Below, piece after piece: positions 17,154 to 26,546 of a stretch of DNA of 64,000 nt. Positions within the stretch are counted from its first letter, which is position 1. Every line of letters starts with the position of its first letter. The notes under the pieces were generated by a model, which worked only from the letters and a program-made list of their open reading frames with translations, searched no databases and was not told the origin of the DNA. Position numbers and translations under genes: made by a program. Origin of the DNA: Dialister sp. (lineage in GTDB: Bacteria; Bacillota; Negativicutes; Veillonellales; Dialisteraceae); NCBI RefSeq assembly GCF_036343215.1, contig NZ_JAZASU010000004.1:11595-75594 (forward strand), written 5' to 3'.

Positions 17154-18974
17154 TTACTGCTGGCTCTTCTTCACGTTGGCATTCTTATAGCGTGCCTGAC
17201 GGGAGAGGACCATTTTTCTCATGCGGAGGCTCTTCGGGGTCACTTCTACCAGTTCATCATCGTTGATCCATTCGAGGGCGGATTCAAGGGTGAATTTGCG
17301 GCAGGGCGGCAGTTTGATGGCATCATCGGAGCCGGCTGCACGGGTATTGGTGAGGTGTTTCTTCTTGCAGGGATTGACGTCCATATCCTGGTCACGGGCA
17401 TTTTCACCCACGATCATGCCTTCATAGACTTCTACGCCCGGTTCGAGGAACAGATCGCCGCGGTCAAGAACGGAGTTCAGACCGTAAGCAGTCGTTGTGC
17501 CTGCTTCGAAAGCGACCAGGGAGCCTCTGGTTCTTTCAGGAATATCTCCCTTGTAAGGAGCATAGCCCTGGAATACGTGGTACATAATGCCCGTTCCGCG
17601 GGTGGTGGTGAGGAGTTCATTTCTGAAACCGATGAGTCCGCGGGCAGGAATGGAGAATTCCATCTTCATGTAGCCTGCCAGTTCATCCATGGAAATCATT
17701 TCCGCTCTTCTCGGGCCAAGGCCTTCCATGACGGCGCCCATGAATTCCTGGGGAACTTCGATGGTGAGGCGTTCCAGCGGTTCACATTTCTTTCCATCGA
17801 TGGTCTTGTAAATAACCTGGGGCTTGGAGACTTCCAGTTCGAAGCCTTCACGGCGCATGGTTTCGATGAGGACGGAGAGATGAAGTTCGCCGCGGCCGGA
17901 AACCTTGAATGCGTCGGAAGTATCGGTATCTTCTACGCGGAGGGCCACGTTGGTTTCGATTTCTTTATAGAGACGGGCACGGATATGACGGGAAGTGACG
18001 AAATCCCCTTCCTTGCCGGCAAAGGGGCTCTTGTTGACATGGAATACCATGGACAGGGTCGGTTCGTCGATATGAATGGTGGGGAGAGCTTCGGGATTGG
18101 TGGCATCTGCTACGGTTTCTCCGATATTGATATCTTTGAAACCTGCCATAGCGCAGATATCGCCGGCTTTGACTTCAGCTGCCGGGGTACGTTTCATTCC
18201 CTGCCAGGAGAAGAGGGAGCCGATATGGTCGGTGCGGGATTTTTCTCCATCCGTGATGGAAACGGTCATGCCCTGCTTTGCGGTACCGCGGGTGACACGG
18301 CCAATGGCCACTTTGCCCAGATAATCATCGGCTTCCAGGGTGGTCGCCATGATCTGAAGGCTGCCGTCCGGATCCACATCCGGGCAGGGGCAGTATTTCA
18401 GGATGGTATCAAAGAGGGGTCCCAGGTCTTTGCCTTCGTCTTCCATATGGAGTTTGGCAATGCCGTTTCTGGCGGAAGCATAGATCAGCGGGAAATCGAG
18501 CTGGTCGTCATCTGCTTCCAATTCGATGAAGAGGTCCAGGATTTCGCCTTCCACGTCGGAAATACGCTGGTCCGGGCGGTCGATTTTATTGATGACGACG
18601 ATTGGCTTCAGCTTATGTTCCAGAGCCTTGCGGAGTACATACTTGGTCTGGGGCATGGGTCCTTCATGAGCATCTACCAAAAGCAGAACACCGTCAACCA
18701 TATTGAGGATACGTTCTACTTCGCCGCCGAAATCCGCATGCCCTGGGGTATCAACGATGTTGATCTTTACACCATTGTGCATGACAGAGGTATTCTTGGC
18801 CAGAATGGTAATGCCTCGTTCTCTTTCCAGCGGGTTGGAGTCCATGACACGTTCTTCCACTTTCTGGTTTTCCCTGAATACATGGCTCTGTTTCAACATA
18901 GCGTCCACAAGAGTCGTCTTGCCATGGTCGACGTGAGCGATAATGGCAATATTGCGGATATCTTCTCTTTTCAT
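17154..18974 (-). CDS. typA: Translational GTPase TypA/BipA
   Basis: [41 protein letters not shown] and GRGELHL motifs; start reassigned to 18974. Confidence 0.97.
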   Translation of the reverse strand: MKREDIRNIAIIAHVDHGKTTLVDAMLKQSHVFRENQKVEERVMDSNPLERERGITILAKNTSVMHNGVKINIVDTPGHADFGGEVERILNMVDGVLLLVDAHEGPMPQTKYVLRKALEHKLKPIVVINKIDRPDQRISDVEGEILDLFIELEADDDQLDFPLIYASARNGIAKLHMEDEGKDLGPLFDTILKYCPCPDVDPDGSLQIMATTLEADDYLGKVAIGRVTRGTAKQGMTVSITDGEKSRTDHIGSLFSWQGMKRTPAAEVKAGDICAMAGFKDINIGETVADATNPEALPTIHIDEPTLSMVFHVNKSPFAGKEGDFVTSRHIRARLYKEIETNVALRVEDTDTSDAFKVSGRGELHLSVLIETMRREGFELEVSKPQVIYKTIDGKKCEPLERLTIEVPQEFMGAVMEGLGPRRAEMISMDELAGYMKMEFSIPARGLIGFRNELLTTTRGTGIMYHVFQGYAPYKGDIPERTRGSLVAFEAGTTTAYGLNSVLDRGDLFLEPGVEVYEGMIVGENARDQDMDVNPCKKKHLTNTRAAGSDDAIKLPPCRKFTLESALEWINDDELVEVTPKSLRMRKMVLSRQARYKNANVKKSQQ

Positions 18975-19273
18975 TTCTTTCTTTTTCTCCCTCGGGTATA
19001 CAGCAAAAAAATAATGCATCTTTGTCATTATACCATAGAAATACAAAGATGTTTATGGCAATTGTCAATACGGTTTATTATACCATGATTCCCAGGGGAT
19101 TGCCAATCATTAATACAGGAAATTATCTACTGAAACAACTTTTATTTCAGGACCTTCAGCACCCCTTTTCAAAAGCTGTAACTTACTTCATTTCCTCTCC
19201 ACTTTCCATGTTATAATAAAGAATACCCTATGTATGTAAAATTTAAATTTATTTACTTATAGAGGAAATAAAA

Positions 19274-19891
19274 ATGCCTGAATCCATATATGGAATCCAT
19301 AAAGATGTACTGCCAAAAGTGCTTGACAGACTGATTTCCAGCATCAAAGCTTTCAGTGACGGTCATAAGGAAAAAACCGGTGAAGCTGCCTATGAACACC
19401 TCATTTACAGGATCAAATCAGAAGACAGCATGCGGGAAAAATGCCGCCGAAAGGGGCTTCCCGAAACGGCTCATTCCGCCCTGGTGGATATTCATGATGC
19501 CATTGGCATCCGTATTGTCTGCTGCTTTCTCAATGACATTTATGAAAATATCGATTTCATCCGGTCCATTCCGGGTGTGGAAGTGGTCAAAGGCAAGGAT
19601 TATATCCGGAATGCCAAACCCAATGGCTATCGCAGCTACCACATGATCATTACCGTGGAGGCTCCTTTCGAAGACCCGGAAGGAAATAATCCGGGAAAAT
19701 TCTATGTGGAAATCCAGCTCAGAACCATTGCCATGGACTCCTGGGCCAGCCTGGAACACCAGATGAAGTACAAGAAAAATATCCGAAATCCGGAAATGAT
19801 TACGAGAGAGCTCAAGCGCTGCGCCGATGAACTCGCCTCCTGCGACCTTTCCATGCAGACGATCAGGAATCTGATCAGGCAGGAACACTGA
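19274..19891 (+). CDS. Small alarmone synthetase (RelA/SpoT domain, GTP pyrophosphokinase family)
   Basis: RIKSEDS, HDAIGIRIV, KDYI...KPNGYRSYH, EIQLRTIAMDSWASLEH motifs. Confidence 0.9.
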   Translation: MPESIYGIHKDVLPKVLDRLISSIKAFSDGHKEKTGEAAYEHLIYRIKSEDSMREKCRRKGLPETAHSALVDIHDAIGIRIVCCFLNDIYENIDFIRSIPGVEVVKGKDYIRNAKPNGYRSYHMIITVEAPFEDPEGNNPGKFYVEIQLRTIAMDSWASLEHQMKYKKNIRNPEMITRELKRCADELASCDLSMQTIRNLIRQEH

Positions 19892-19911
19892 CATATCAGT
19901 CCTGTTTCGAT

Positions 19912-20098
19912 TAACGTGATCCGTGAATCGTGTTCCGTGGCCCGTGAAGGATATGGTTTTGCTTTGCAAAACCAATTTTATATCATGGTCCTTCGGACCA
20001 TGACCTTTGGCTCTCATGAAACCAACATATAAAAAGGCGCCCCTATAATTTCAAGGCGCCACCTTCACGGACCACGGAACACGGACCACGGTCCACGA
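19912..20098. repeat. Complete REP-like element inside the SAS-response regulator operon
   Basis: CGTG-heptamer tail, GTGAAGGATAT at 19944, GGCGCC...GGCGCCACCTTCAC to 20068, (GGACCAC)n tail. Confidence 0.78.
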
Positions 20099-20142
20099 TT
20101 AAGAAAACAGGCACAATCTATTGATCACATAAAGGAGAAAAC

Positions 20143-20823
20143 ATGAAATTACTCTACGCCGAAGACGAAAAGGACATGGCCAAAGTGGTCGTGGCCATTA
20201 TGAAGCACCAAGGTTATGAGGTGGACTGGGCGGAGAATGGGCAGATTGCCGTGGACTTTGCGTCAAAGAGGAATTATGACTGCATGATTTTCGATATCAT
20301 GATGCCCGTGAAGGACGGGATTGAAGCGTTGAAGGAAATCCGCTCATCCGGCGACTTGACGCCGGTGATCATGCTGACGGCAAAATCGGAAATCGATGAC
20401 AGAATCACGGGCCTTGATTCGGGGGCTGACGACTATCTCACGAAGCCTTTTGCCATCGGAGAGCTGCTGGCCCGGGTCCGTTCCCTCACGAGGAGGGTGA
20501 AGGATTTCACCCCCTCCATTCTGACTGTGGGCTCCACTTCTCTCGATACGGAGGAACAGGAGCTTTCCGCCCATAATGCCATCCGCCTTTCGGGAAAGGA
20601 AACGAAGCTTCTGAAGCTTTTCATGCTGAATGCAGGGAAGCTTCTTTCCACGAATTATATTTTTGAGAAAATCTGGGATGATGAAAAGGATGTGGACGAA
20701 AGCGTGGTATGGATCTATATTTCTTACCTTCGTGAAAAACTTTTCGCCATCAATTCAGACCTTGCCATCGAGGGAGAGGAGGGGAAAGATTTCTGTCTCA
20801 CCCAGAGGAAGGAGGACGCATGA
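20143..20823 (+). CDS. OmpR-family response regulator
   Basis: AEDE, FDIMMP, MLTAK, GADDYLTKPF and winged-helix C-terminus. Confidence 0.95.
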   Translation: MKLLYAEDEKDMAKVVVAIMKHQGYEVDWAENGQIAVDFASKRNYDCMIFDIMMPVKDGIEALKEIRSSGDLTPVIMLTAKSEIDDRITGLDSGADDYLTKPFAIGELLARVRSLTRRVKDFTPSILTVGSTSLDTEEQELSAHNAIRLSGKETKLLKLFMLNAGKLLSTNYIFEKIWDDEKDVDESVVWIYISYLREKLFAINSDLAIEGEEGKDFCLTQRKEDA

Positions 20824-22100
20824 ATCCTATCCGCAAACTTCGCCGCCGGTTCATCGCTCTGGCCACCCTGGCTGTCTGCATTATCCTTATCGGGGCGCTG
20901 GGCCTCATCAATGGTATCGGCTACTATACCATGAAGAATCACTGCCTCGATACGATGGCTTTTATTTCCGAAAACGGTGGAACCATGCCTTCCCGGTATC
21001 ACAGGAATCCCTCCATCTGGATTGAAGATATCCTCCCCGGATTCACCTGGGCCGAAGATACGCCGGAATTCGCCTTCCAGACCCGGTATTTCTCCATCCG
21101 TCTCAATGAGGACAGGGAAATCACGCAAGTCAATGTGAAAAATATCTATGCCTTCTCCGAAAAGCAGGCCGTAGAATTCGTGAAAACCGCCCTGACAGAA
21201 GATGAGGAGAGCGGTTTCATCATAAAAAACAAGACCCACTATGGATACATGAAAACAAACCTTAAAGACGGCGGTTCCCTCATCGTCATTATGGACTGCA
21301 CGAGAGAATTCTCCGATGTCCATACCTTCATATCCTATTCCTTCTGGTTCGGACTCCTCTGTGTCATCCTTTACGTCATTATCCTGGCATCCCTTTCAAA
21401 AAAAGCCATCGAGCCCTTCGTACGAAATGCGGAAAACCAGAAACGGTTCATCACCAATGCCAGCCATGAACTGAAGACACCACTGGCTATTATTTCCGTC
21501 AATGCGGAAGCCATGGAAATGATGGAAGGGAAAAATGAATTCACCGAAGGAATCAGAAAGCAGGTGCGCCGCATGTCCGGCCTCATCAGCCACCTCATCC
21601 TCCTTTCAAAAGCAGGAGAAAGCACGAAAGCGGAACTGAAACCGGAAGTCTTTGCCCTGAAAGACGTACTCAAACGGAATGTGGAAGAATTTGACGTCCT
21701 CGCCCAGGACCAGCAGAAAAAACTCACCCTTGCCTGCGAAGAAGATTTCAAAGTGAAGACGGATGAAAAATTTCTTTCCGAAATCCTTCACATCCTCCTT
21801 GATAACGGCATCAAGTATTGTGACGATGAAGGGACCATCACCGTTTCCGCCGTGAGAGGCCCAAAGAAGGAAATCAGACTTTCTGTCTCCAACGATTACA
21901 AAGATGGCAAAGACGTGGACTATAAACGATTCTTCGAACGGTTCTACCGGAACGATGAATCCCATAACAGCAAAAAGTCCGGCTACGGTATAGGCCTCTC
22001 CATCGCCAGGGAACTTTCCGGTCTCCTCTCGATTCCCCTTACCGTAAACTGGAAGGATGGGAGGATATATTTTACTCTCATCATGAAAGAGGGAAACTGA
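20820..22100 (+). CDS. Sensor histidine kinase
   Basis: Two TM segments, NASHELKTPL H-box, LLDNGIKY N-box, GYGIGL G-box. Confidence 0.95.
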   Translation: MNPIRKLRRRFIALATLAVCIILIGALGLINGIGYYTMKNHCLDTMAFISENGGTMPSRYHRNPSIWIEDILPGFTWAEDTPEFAFQTRYFSIRLNEDREITQVNVKNIYAFSEKQAVEFVKTALTEDEESGFIIKNKTHYGYMKTNLKDGGSLIVIMDCTREFSDVHTFISYSFWFGLLCVILYVIILASLSKKAIEPFVRNAENQKRFITNASHELKTPLAIISVNAEAMEMMEGKNEFTEGIRKQVRRMSGLISHLILLSKAGESTKAELKPEVFALKDVLKRNVEEFDVLAQDQQKKLTLACEEDFKVKTDEKFLSEILHILLDNGIKYCDDEGTITVSAVRGPKKEIRLSVSNDYKDGKDVDYKRFFERFYRNDESHNSKKSGYGIGLSIARELSGLLSIPLTVNWKDGRIYFTLIMKEGN

Positions 22101-22120
22101 TCGGCCCTTTTGTGCTGAAT

Positions 22121-22305
22121 CGTTGTTCGTTGTTCGTTGTTCGTTCTTCGTTGTTCGTTCTTCGTTGTTCGTTCTTCGTGATGGTGGGCGCCTTAAACAA
22201 TACAAGGCGCCCTTTTATATTTTAAAAAATTTGCAGCCGAAGGCGGCCACCTTCCCGAGTTCCCCGACACTCCCGAAATGACTCCCGAGGCCCCGATTCA
22301 AAAGT
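22121..22305. repeat. REP-like element with (CGTTGTT/CGTTCTT)x8 tail and 9-mer tail
   Basis: Eight heptamers at 22121-22176, GTGATGGTGGGCGCC hairpin, GGCGGCCACCTTCCC then CCCGA-containing 9-mers. Confidence 0.8.
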
Positions 22306-22360
22306 TTCCGGATCAATAGCTTCGTTTCGAAAGAAAATTTAGAAACTTTTAATAAATGCC

Positions 22361-22389
22361 TTGACAAAAAGTTCCCGCCGCGTTATTCT
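22361..22389 (+). promoter_or_regulatory. Sigma70/A promoter
   Basis: TTGACA-17-TATTCT. Confidence 0.75.
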
Positions 22390-22395
22390 TTCCCT

Positions 22396-22640
22396 TGGAT
22401 GGCATGAGGCGTCCAATTCATATGGGTATCCCGGTGGGAGCTTAAAATGATGAGGATTCCTCGCTTCAAGGGAAAATTTCCCGGGCATCTGCGCAGTAAC
22501 CGTCTCGGAGCTGCAGCGGGTCAGGGAGGAAATCGGACCGCAGATGTCTCCGACAAATTCATATCGCTTGGATTGTAATAACCGAGACGAATGCAGCGAT
22601 TTCAAAAATACGGGCATCTTTCGGATGCCCTTTTTGTTTG
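22396..22640 (+). ncRNA. Candidate structured RNA or leader upstream of panC (family unassigned)
   Basis: Promoter upstream, several stems with a possible loop-loop pairing, and intrinsic terminator GGGCATC-tttcg-GATGCCC-TTTTT. Confidence 0.45.
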
Positions 22641-22766
22641 GTCACCATGTGGCAAAGCAGGCATTGACGCATTCTCTTTGGAGTGCGTCTTTTATATTGA
22701 AATCCTGTCCCGTTGTTGCAGAAAAGCAGTAGGGAAAGCTGATTTCCCAGGAAAGGATGTCAAAAA

Positions 22767-23618
22767 ATGATTATTGCTCACAAGATCAGCGAACTGAAAG
22801 AATTCGTTCACCAGTGCAAGAAGGAAGGCAAATCCATCGGCCTCGTAACCACCATGGGAGCCCTTCATGAAGGTCATGCTTCCCTGATCAAGGCTGCAAG
22901 GGCTGAAAACGATATCGTCATTACTACGGTATTCGTCAACCCCACCCAGTTCGGACCGAACGAAGACTATGCCAAGTACCCGAGAACCCTCGAAGCCGAT
23001 GCCAAAGTAGCTGAATCTGCCGGCGCTGATTTCCTCTTCAACCCAGCTCCGGAAGAAATGTATCCTCACAAGGATCCGACCTGGGTCGAAGTGGAAGGAC
23101 CGATTACCAAAGTTCTCTGTGGAAGAACCCGCCCGATTCATTTCAGAGGCGTTGCCACTGTCTGCACGAAATTCTTCAACCTCACGGAATGTGACCGCGC
23201 TTACTACGGACTGAAAGATGCCCAGCAGACACAGGTCCTCCAGCGCATGGTAGAAGACCTTTTCATGAATCTTGAACTCCGCATCTGCCCGATTGTCCGC
23301 GAAGCTGACGGCCTGGCAAAGAGCTCCAGAAACGTTTACCTCTCTGCCGAAGAACACAAGGCAGCCCTCGTCCTCTCCCGCTCCCTGAAGCATGCCAAAG
23401 AAGCTTTTGAAGCAGGCGAAAGAAACAAACAGAAACTCATCGACCAGGTCATCGCAGAAATCAGGACGGAACCGATGAGCGACATCGACTATGTAGAAAT
23501 GTACGGCATGCCGGGCCTCACCGAAATGGGCGAAACCATCGAAGGCAAAGCGCTCCTGGCCTTGGCCGTCAAATTTGGCAAGACAAGACTCATCGATAAC
23601 GTAGTACTGGAGGCATAA
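22767..23618 (+). CDS. panC: Pantoate--beta-alanine ligase
   Basis: TMGALHEGH, FVNPTQF, RPIHFRGV, GLKDAQQ, LAKSSRN and RLIDN motifs. Confidence 0.96.
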   Translation: MIIAHKISELKEFVHQCKKEGKSIGLVTTMGALHEGHASLIKAARAENDIVITTVFVNPTQFGPNEDYAKYPRTLEADAKVAESAGADFLFNPAPEEMYPHKDPTWVEVEGPITKVLCGRTRPIHFRGVATVCTKFFNLTECDRAYYGLKDAQQTQVLQRMVEDLFMNLELRICPIVREADGLAKSSRNVYLSAEEHKAALVLSRSLKHAKEAFEAGERNKQKLIDQVIAEIRTEPMSDIDYVEMYGMPGLTEMGETIEGKALLALAVKFGKTRLIDNVVLEA

Positions 23619-23621
23619 GCA

Positions 23622-24005
23622 ATGACTTACACAATGATGCATGGAAAACTTCACAGGGCAACTGTGACGGAAGCCAATCTGAATTACATGGGAAGCATCA
23701 CCATTGATGAAGATCTTCTGGATGCCGCAGGCATTCTTCCCGGTGAACTGGTACAGATCACCAATAACAATAATGGCGCCCGTCTGGAAACCTATACCAT
23801 TCCCGGCAAACGGGGAAGCGGCGTAGTCTGCCTTAACGGGGCAGCTGCCCGCTGCACCGCAGTCGGAGATATCGTCATCATTATGGCCTATGCCCAGATG
23901 GATGAAAAAGAAGCCCGTGCTCTTCAGCCAAAAGTCGTCATGCTGGACGAACACAACCGTCCCATGAAGGTTAGAAGCCATGAAAAAGAAAGAGAAATCG
24001 GCTGA
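23622..24005 (+). CDS. panD: Aspartate 1-decarboxylase
   Basis: [16 protein letters not shown] (pyruvoyl site), RLETY and LNGAAAR motifs. Confidence 0.96.
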   Translation: MTYTMMHGKLHRATVTEANLNYMGSITIDEDLLDAAGILPGELVQITNNNNGARLETYTIPGKRGSGVVCLNGAAARCTAVGDIVIIMAYAQMDEKEARALQPKVVMLDEHNRPMKVRSHEKEREIG

Positions 24006-24106
24006 TTCCATCATCATTGCAGAACTCCATCCCTGAAATTCCGGGTCGGGAAAGGGAATCCGAAATTCCTCCTTCCCCTGCCCTTTTCCATCTAAGGAGC
24101 TTTCAC

Positions 24107-25072
24107 ATGTTACAAAAAATCGTCCGTTTCTGTACGAAATATATGTCCGTCGGCGTCGTGCTGATCGGTATCTTCAGCGTATTTTTCCCGAGCGTCCTGA
24201 AACCGCTGGCCAAATACATTCCGATTATGCTGGGTGTCATCATGTTCGGCATGGGTATGAGCCTCACCCCGAAAGATTTCAAAAATGTTTTCAAGCAGCC
24301 CAAGAATGTGGCGCTGGGGACTCTTCTCCAGTTCATCATCATGCCGGCTCTGGCCTACATCCTGATTAAACTTTTTGCCCTTCCACCGGCTATCGCCATC
24401 GGAGTTGTTTTAGTCGGCTGCTGCCCCGGAGGTACGGCATCCAATGTGATTTCCTACATTGCCCATGCTGACGTAGCTCTTTCCGTTTCCATGACCATGG
24501 TGAATACGATTCTGGCTCCCTTCGTCACCCCATTCCTCATCTGGCTCATTGCCGGTGCCTGGGTTGATATTTCCTTTACTTCCATGATGATGTCCATCGT
24601 GAAAATGGTTCTCCTGCCACTCTTAATCGGTGTCGGCTTCAACTATTTCTTCCCGAAACAGGTTGCCAAAGTCACTACTGTGACCCCACTCCTTTCTGCC
24701 CTGGTCATCATTTTCACCGTAGGCTGTGTCGTATCCCTTTCCGGTCATACGATTATTGATAACGGTCTCATCATTCTGGCAGTCGTTATCCTTCATAACC
24801 TCTTCGGTATGATTCTCGGCTACTTCTGCGCAAAGAAATTCGGCATGAACAAATCCCAGATCCGCGCCATGTCCATCGAAGTAGGCATGCAGAATTCCGG
24901 CCTTGCTTCGACGCTCGCCCTCATGTATTTTACAGCTGCCGGCGGTATCGCAGGCGCTATCTTCTCCGTATGGCACAATGTGTCCGGTTCTCTCTTTGCT
25001 TCCTGGTGTGTAGGCCGGGATGAAGAAGAAGAACAGGATAACAAGTCCCTTGCCGGTGAAGCTGCGAAGTAA
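24107..25072 (+). CDS. BASS (bile acid:sodium symporter) family transporter, probably PanS-like (keto)pantoate importer
   Basis: MFGMG, CCPGGTASNV, EVGMQNSGLA and FSVWHN motifs; substrate inferred from the operon context. Confidence 0.87.
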   Translation: MLQKIVRFCTKYMSVGVVLIGIFSVFFPSVLKPLAKYIPIMLGVIMFGMGMSLTPKDFKNVFKQPKNVALGTLLQFIIMPALAYILIKLFALPPAIAIGVVLVGCCPGGTASNVISYIAHADVALSVSMTMVNTILAPFVTPFLIWLIAGAWVDISFTSMMMSIVKMVLLPLLIGVGFNYFFPKQVAKVTTVTPLLSALVIIFTVGCVVSLSGHTIIDNGLIILAVVILHNLFGMILGYFCAKKFGMNKSQIRAMSIEVGMQNSGLASTLALMYFTAAGGIAGAIFSVWHNVSGSLFASWCVGRDEEEEQDNKSLAGEAAK

Positions 25073-25128
25073 GATTTTAGTTTTTGGTTCTTAGTTATCA
25101 GTTATCTCATAGCAGCTGACAAACTAAT

Positions 25129-25172
25129 AAAAAAGCCTTTCAGACGCTGTCAATTCTGAAAGGCTTTTTTTG
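25129..25172. terminator. Bidirectional terminator
   Basis: AAAAAAGCCTTTCAGA-loop-TCTGAAAGGCTTTTTT. Confidence 0.8.
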
Positions 25173-25302
25173 ATGAGGAAATATGAAATTGCAGCCTTCT
25201 CATCCCCTTCCCCACCTGCCCCAATCCCCGATTCCTGATTCTCAATCCCTCTTCCGCCAATATAAAAAGTGCCCTTATGCAGGCACTTTTACGAGCAGCG
25301 GT

Positions 25303-26193
25303 TCATTCCGCTTTTTCAACTCCCAGATACTTGTCTCTTCGTTCTGCCGTCTCATTCCAGGTCACAATGATTTCTCCCCCAGCGATAATGACCATGGCAG
25401 CCAGGCGGAACCAGATGAAGAGGACAATCAAACCGATGAGGGAGCCATAAGTAATGCCCATGGAGGAAATATGAAGGATATAGTACCCGTAAGCCGCGGT
25501 GAGGCCGAGCCAGATGAGGGTGACAAAGAAAGAGGCTGCGAGGACCCGTTTCCAGTTCGATCTTTTCCCGTCGGGCGCATACTGGTAGAAGAAGCCCAGG
25601 GACAGGGCGACGATGCTGAAAGGAATGGCAAATTTCGCGATGGTCCATAAATCCAGGAAAAGGGCAGGCACTTTGAAATAGTAGGCAATGGCATAGACCA
25701 CGGCATTTCCAAAGACGATGAGCCCGAGGGAGAGGATCATGGCAAAGGAAATGAAAAGGGTGAAAATGATGGATTTCGCATTGACCATGAGGTAGGACTG
25801 CCGGTTCCGGTCTCCAAGGAAGGCTTCATCCATGGCACGGATGAGGGTATCCACGCCCTGGGAAGAGGTCCAGAGGGCACCGGCAAGGCCGACGATCAGC
25901 CAGATGGAGCTCCGGGCCTGAAGAATGCGGATGATATTCTCTTCCATGGTCTTCGCCACGTCGGCAGGAAGGTAGGTCAAAAGGCGCAGGATCAGGTTCA
26001 TCTGGGGCGCCGCAAAGAAAAGGATGGCATTTACCATGAAAATCATGAAAGGAACGAGACCCAGGATGAAGTAATAGGTGGATTCCGCCGCCAGCGCCGT
26101 CACATTGTCATCATTGAACCGCTGGAAGAAACGCTTGAGGAAGAACATTTTCGTCCCGTCCGTTTCCTTCGGATAGAAGTCCTCTATGGTCAT
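25303..26193 (-). CDS. YihY/virulence factor BrkB family membrane protein
   Basis: AAESTYYFILGLVPF, LWTSS, YGSLIGLIVLFIW motifs; start reassigned to 26193. Confidence 0.88.
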   Translation of the reverse strand: MTIEDFYPKETDGTKMFFLKRFFQRFNDDNVTALAAESTYYFILGLVPFMIFMVNAILFFAAPQMNLILRLLTYLPADVAKTMEENIIRILQARSSIWLIVGLAGALWTSSQGVDTLIRAMDEAFLGDRNRQSYLMVNAKSIIFTLFISFAMILSLGLIVFGNAVVYAIAYYFKVPALFLDLWTIAKFAIPFSIVALSLGFFYQYAPDGKRSNWKRVLAASFFVTLIWLGLTAAYGYYILHISSMGITYGSLIGLIVLFIWFRLAAMVIIAGGEIIVTWNETAERRDKYLGVEKAE

Positions 26194-26546
26194 GGCCTTT
26201 CCTCCCTTCGTACTTTCTCTTAATAAATTCATTATACCTTTTTTCGAAGCTGTTGGCCAATGGATAAAATAGCCGTCAGCTGTCAGCACTTCTGTTTAGT
26301 GATAAGTGAAGGTGGTGCGCATCAGGTATGGAAGCGCCCCAAACGAAAAAATAAAACCCATCAGATTCAACCTGAACCTGATGGGTTTTATTTTTGAAAT
26401 AATGAGGAAAATGATCTAATCGTCACTCAAAAGCCAAAGGCTCAGGCCCGAAGGGCCTTTTCATAAAATTGGTATCCGAAAGAAACTAACCCTTCACGAA
26501 TCACGATTACGATAAAAGCCACTGAGCCTTTCCTGTCGCAAGTGAA

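Noticed and set aside
21606-22205. ORF with NNEERTT repeats; also 9851-10159 and 59481-59925
   Set aside because: These are translations of non-coding heptamer repeats or antisense sequence.
22845-22860. PanC VTTMG instead of the canonical VPTMG
   Set aside because: Single substitution with all other motifs intact; I cannot distinguish a variant from an error, and interest is low.
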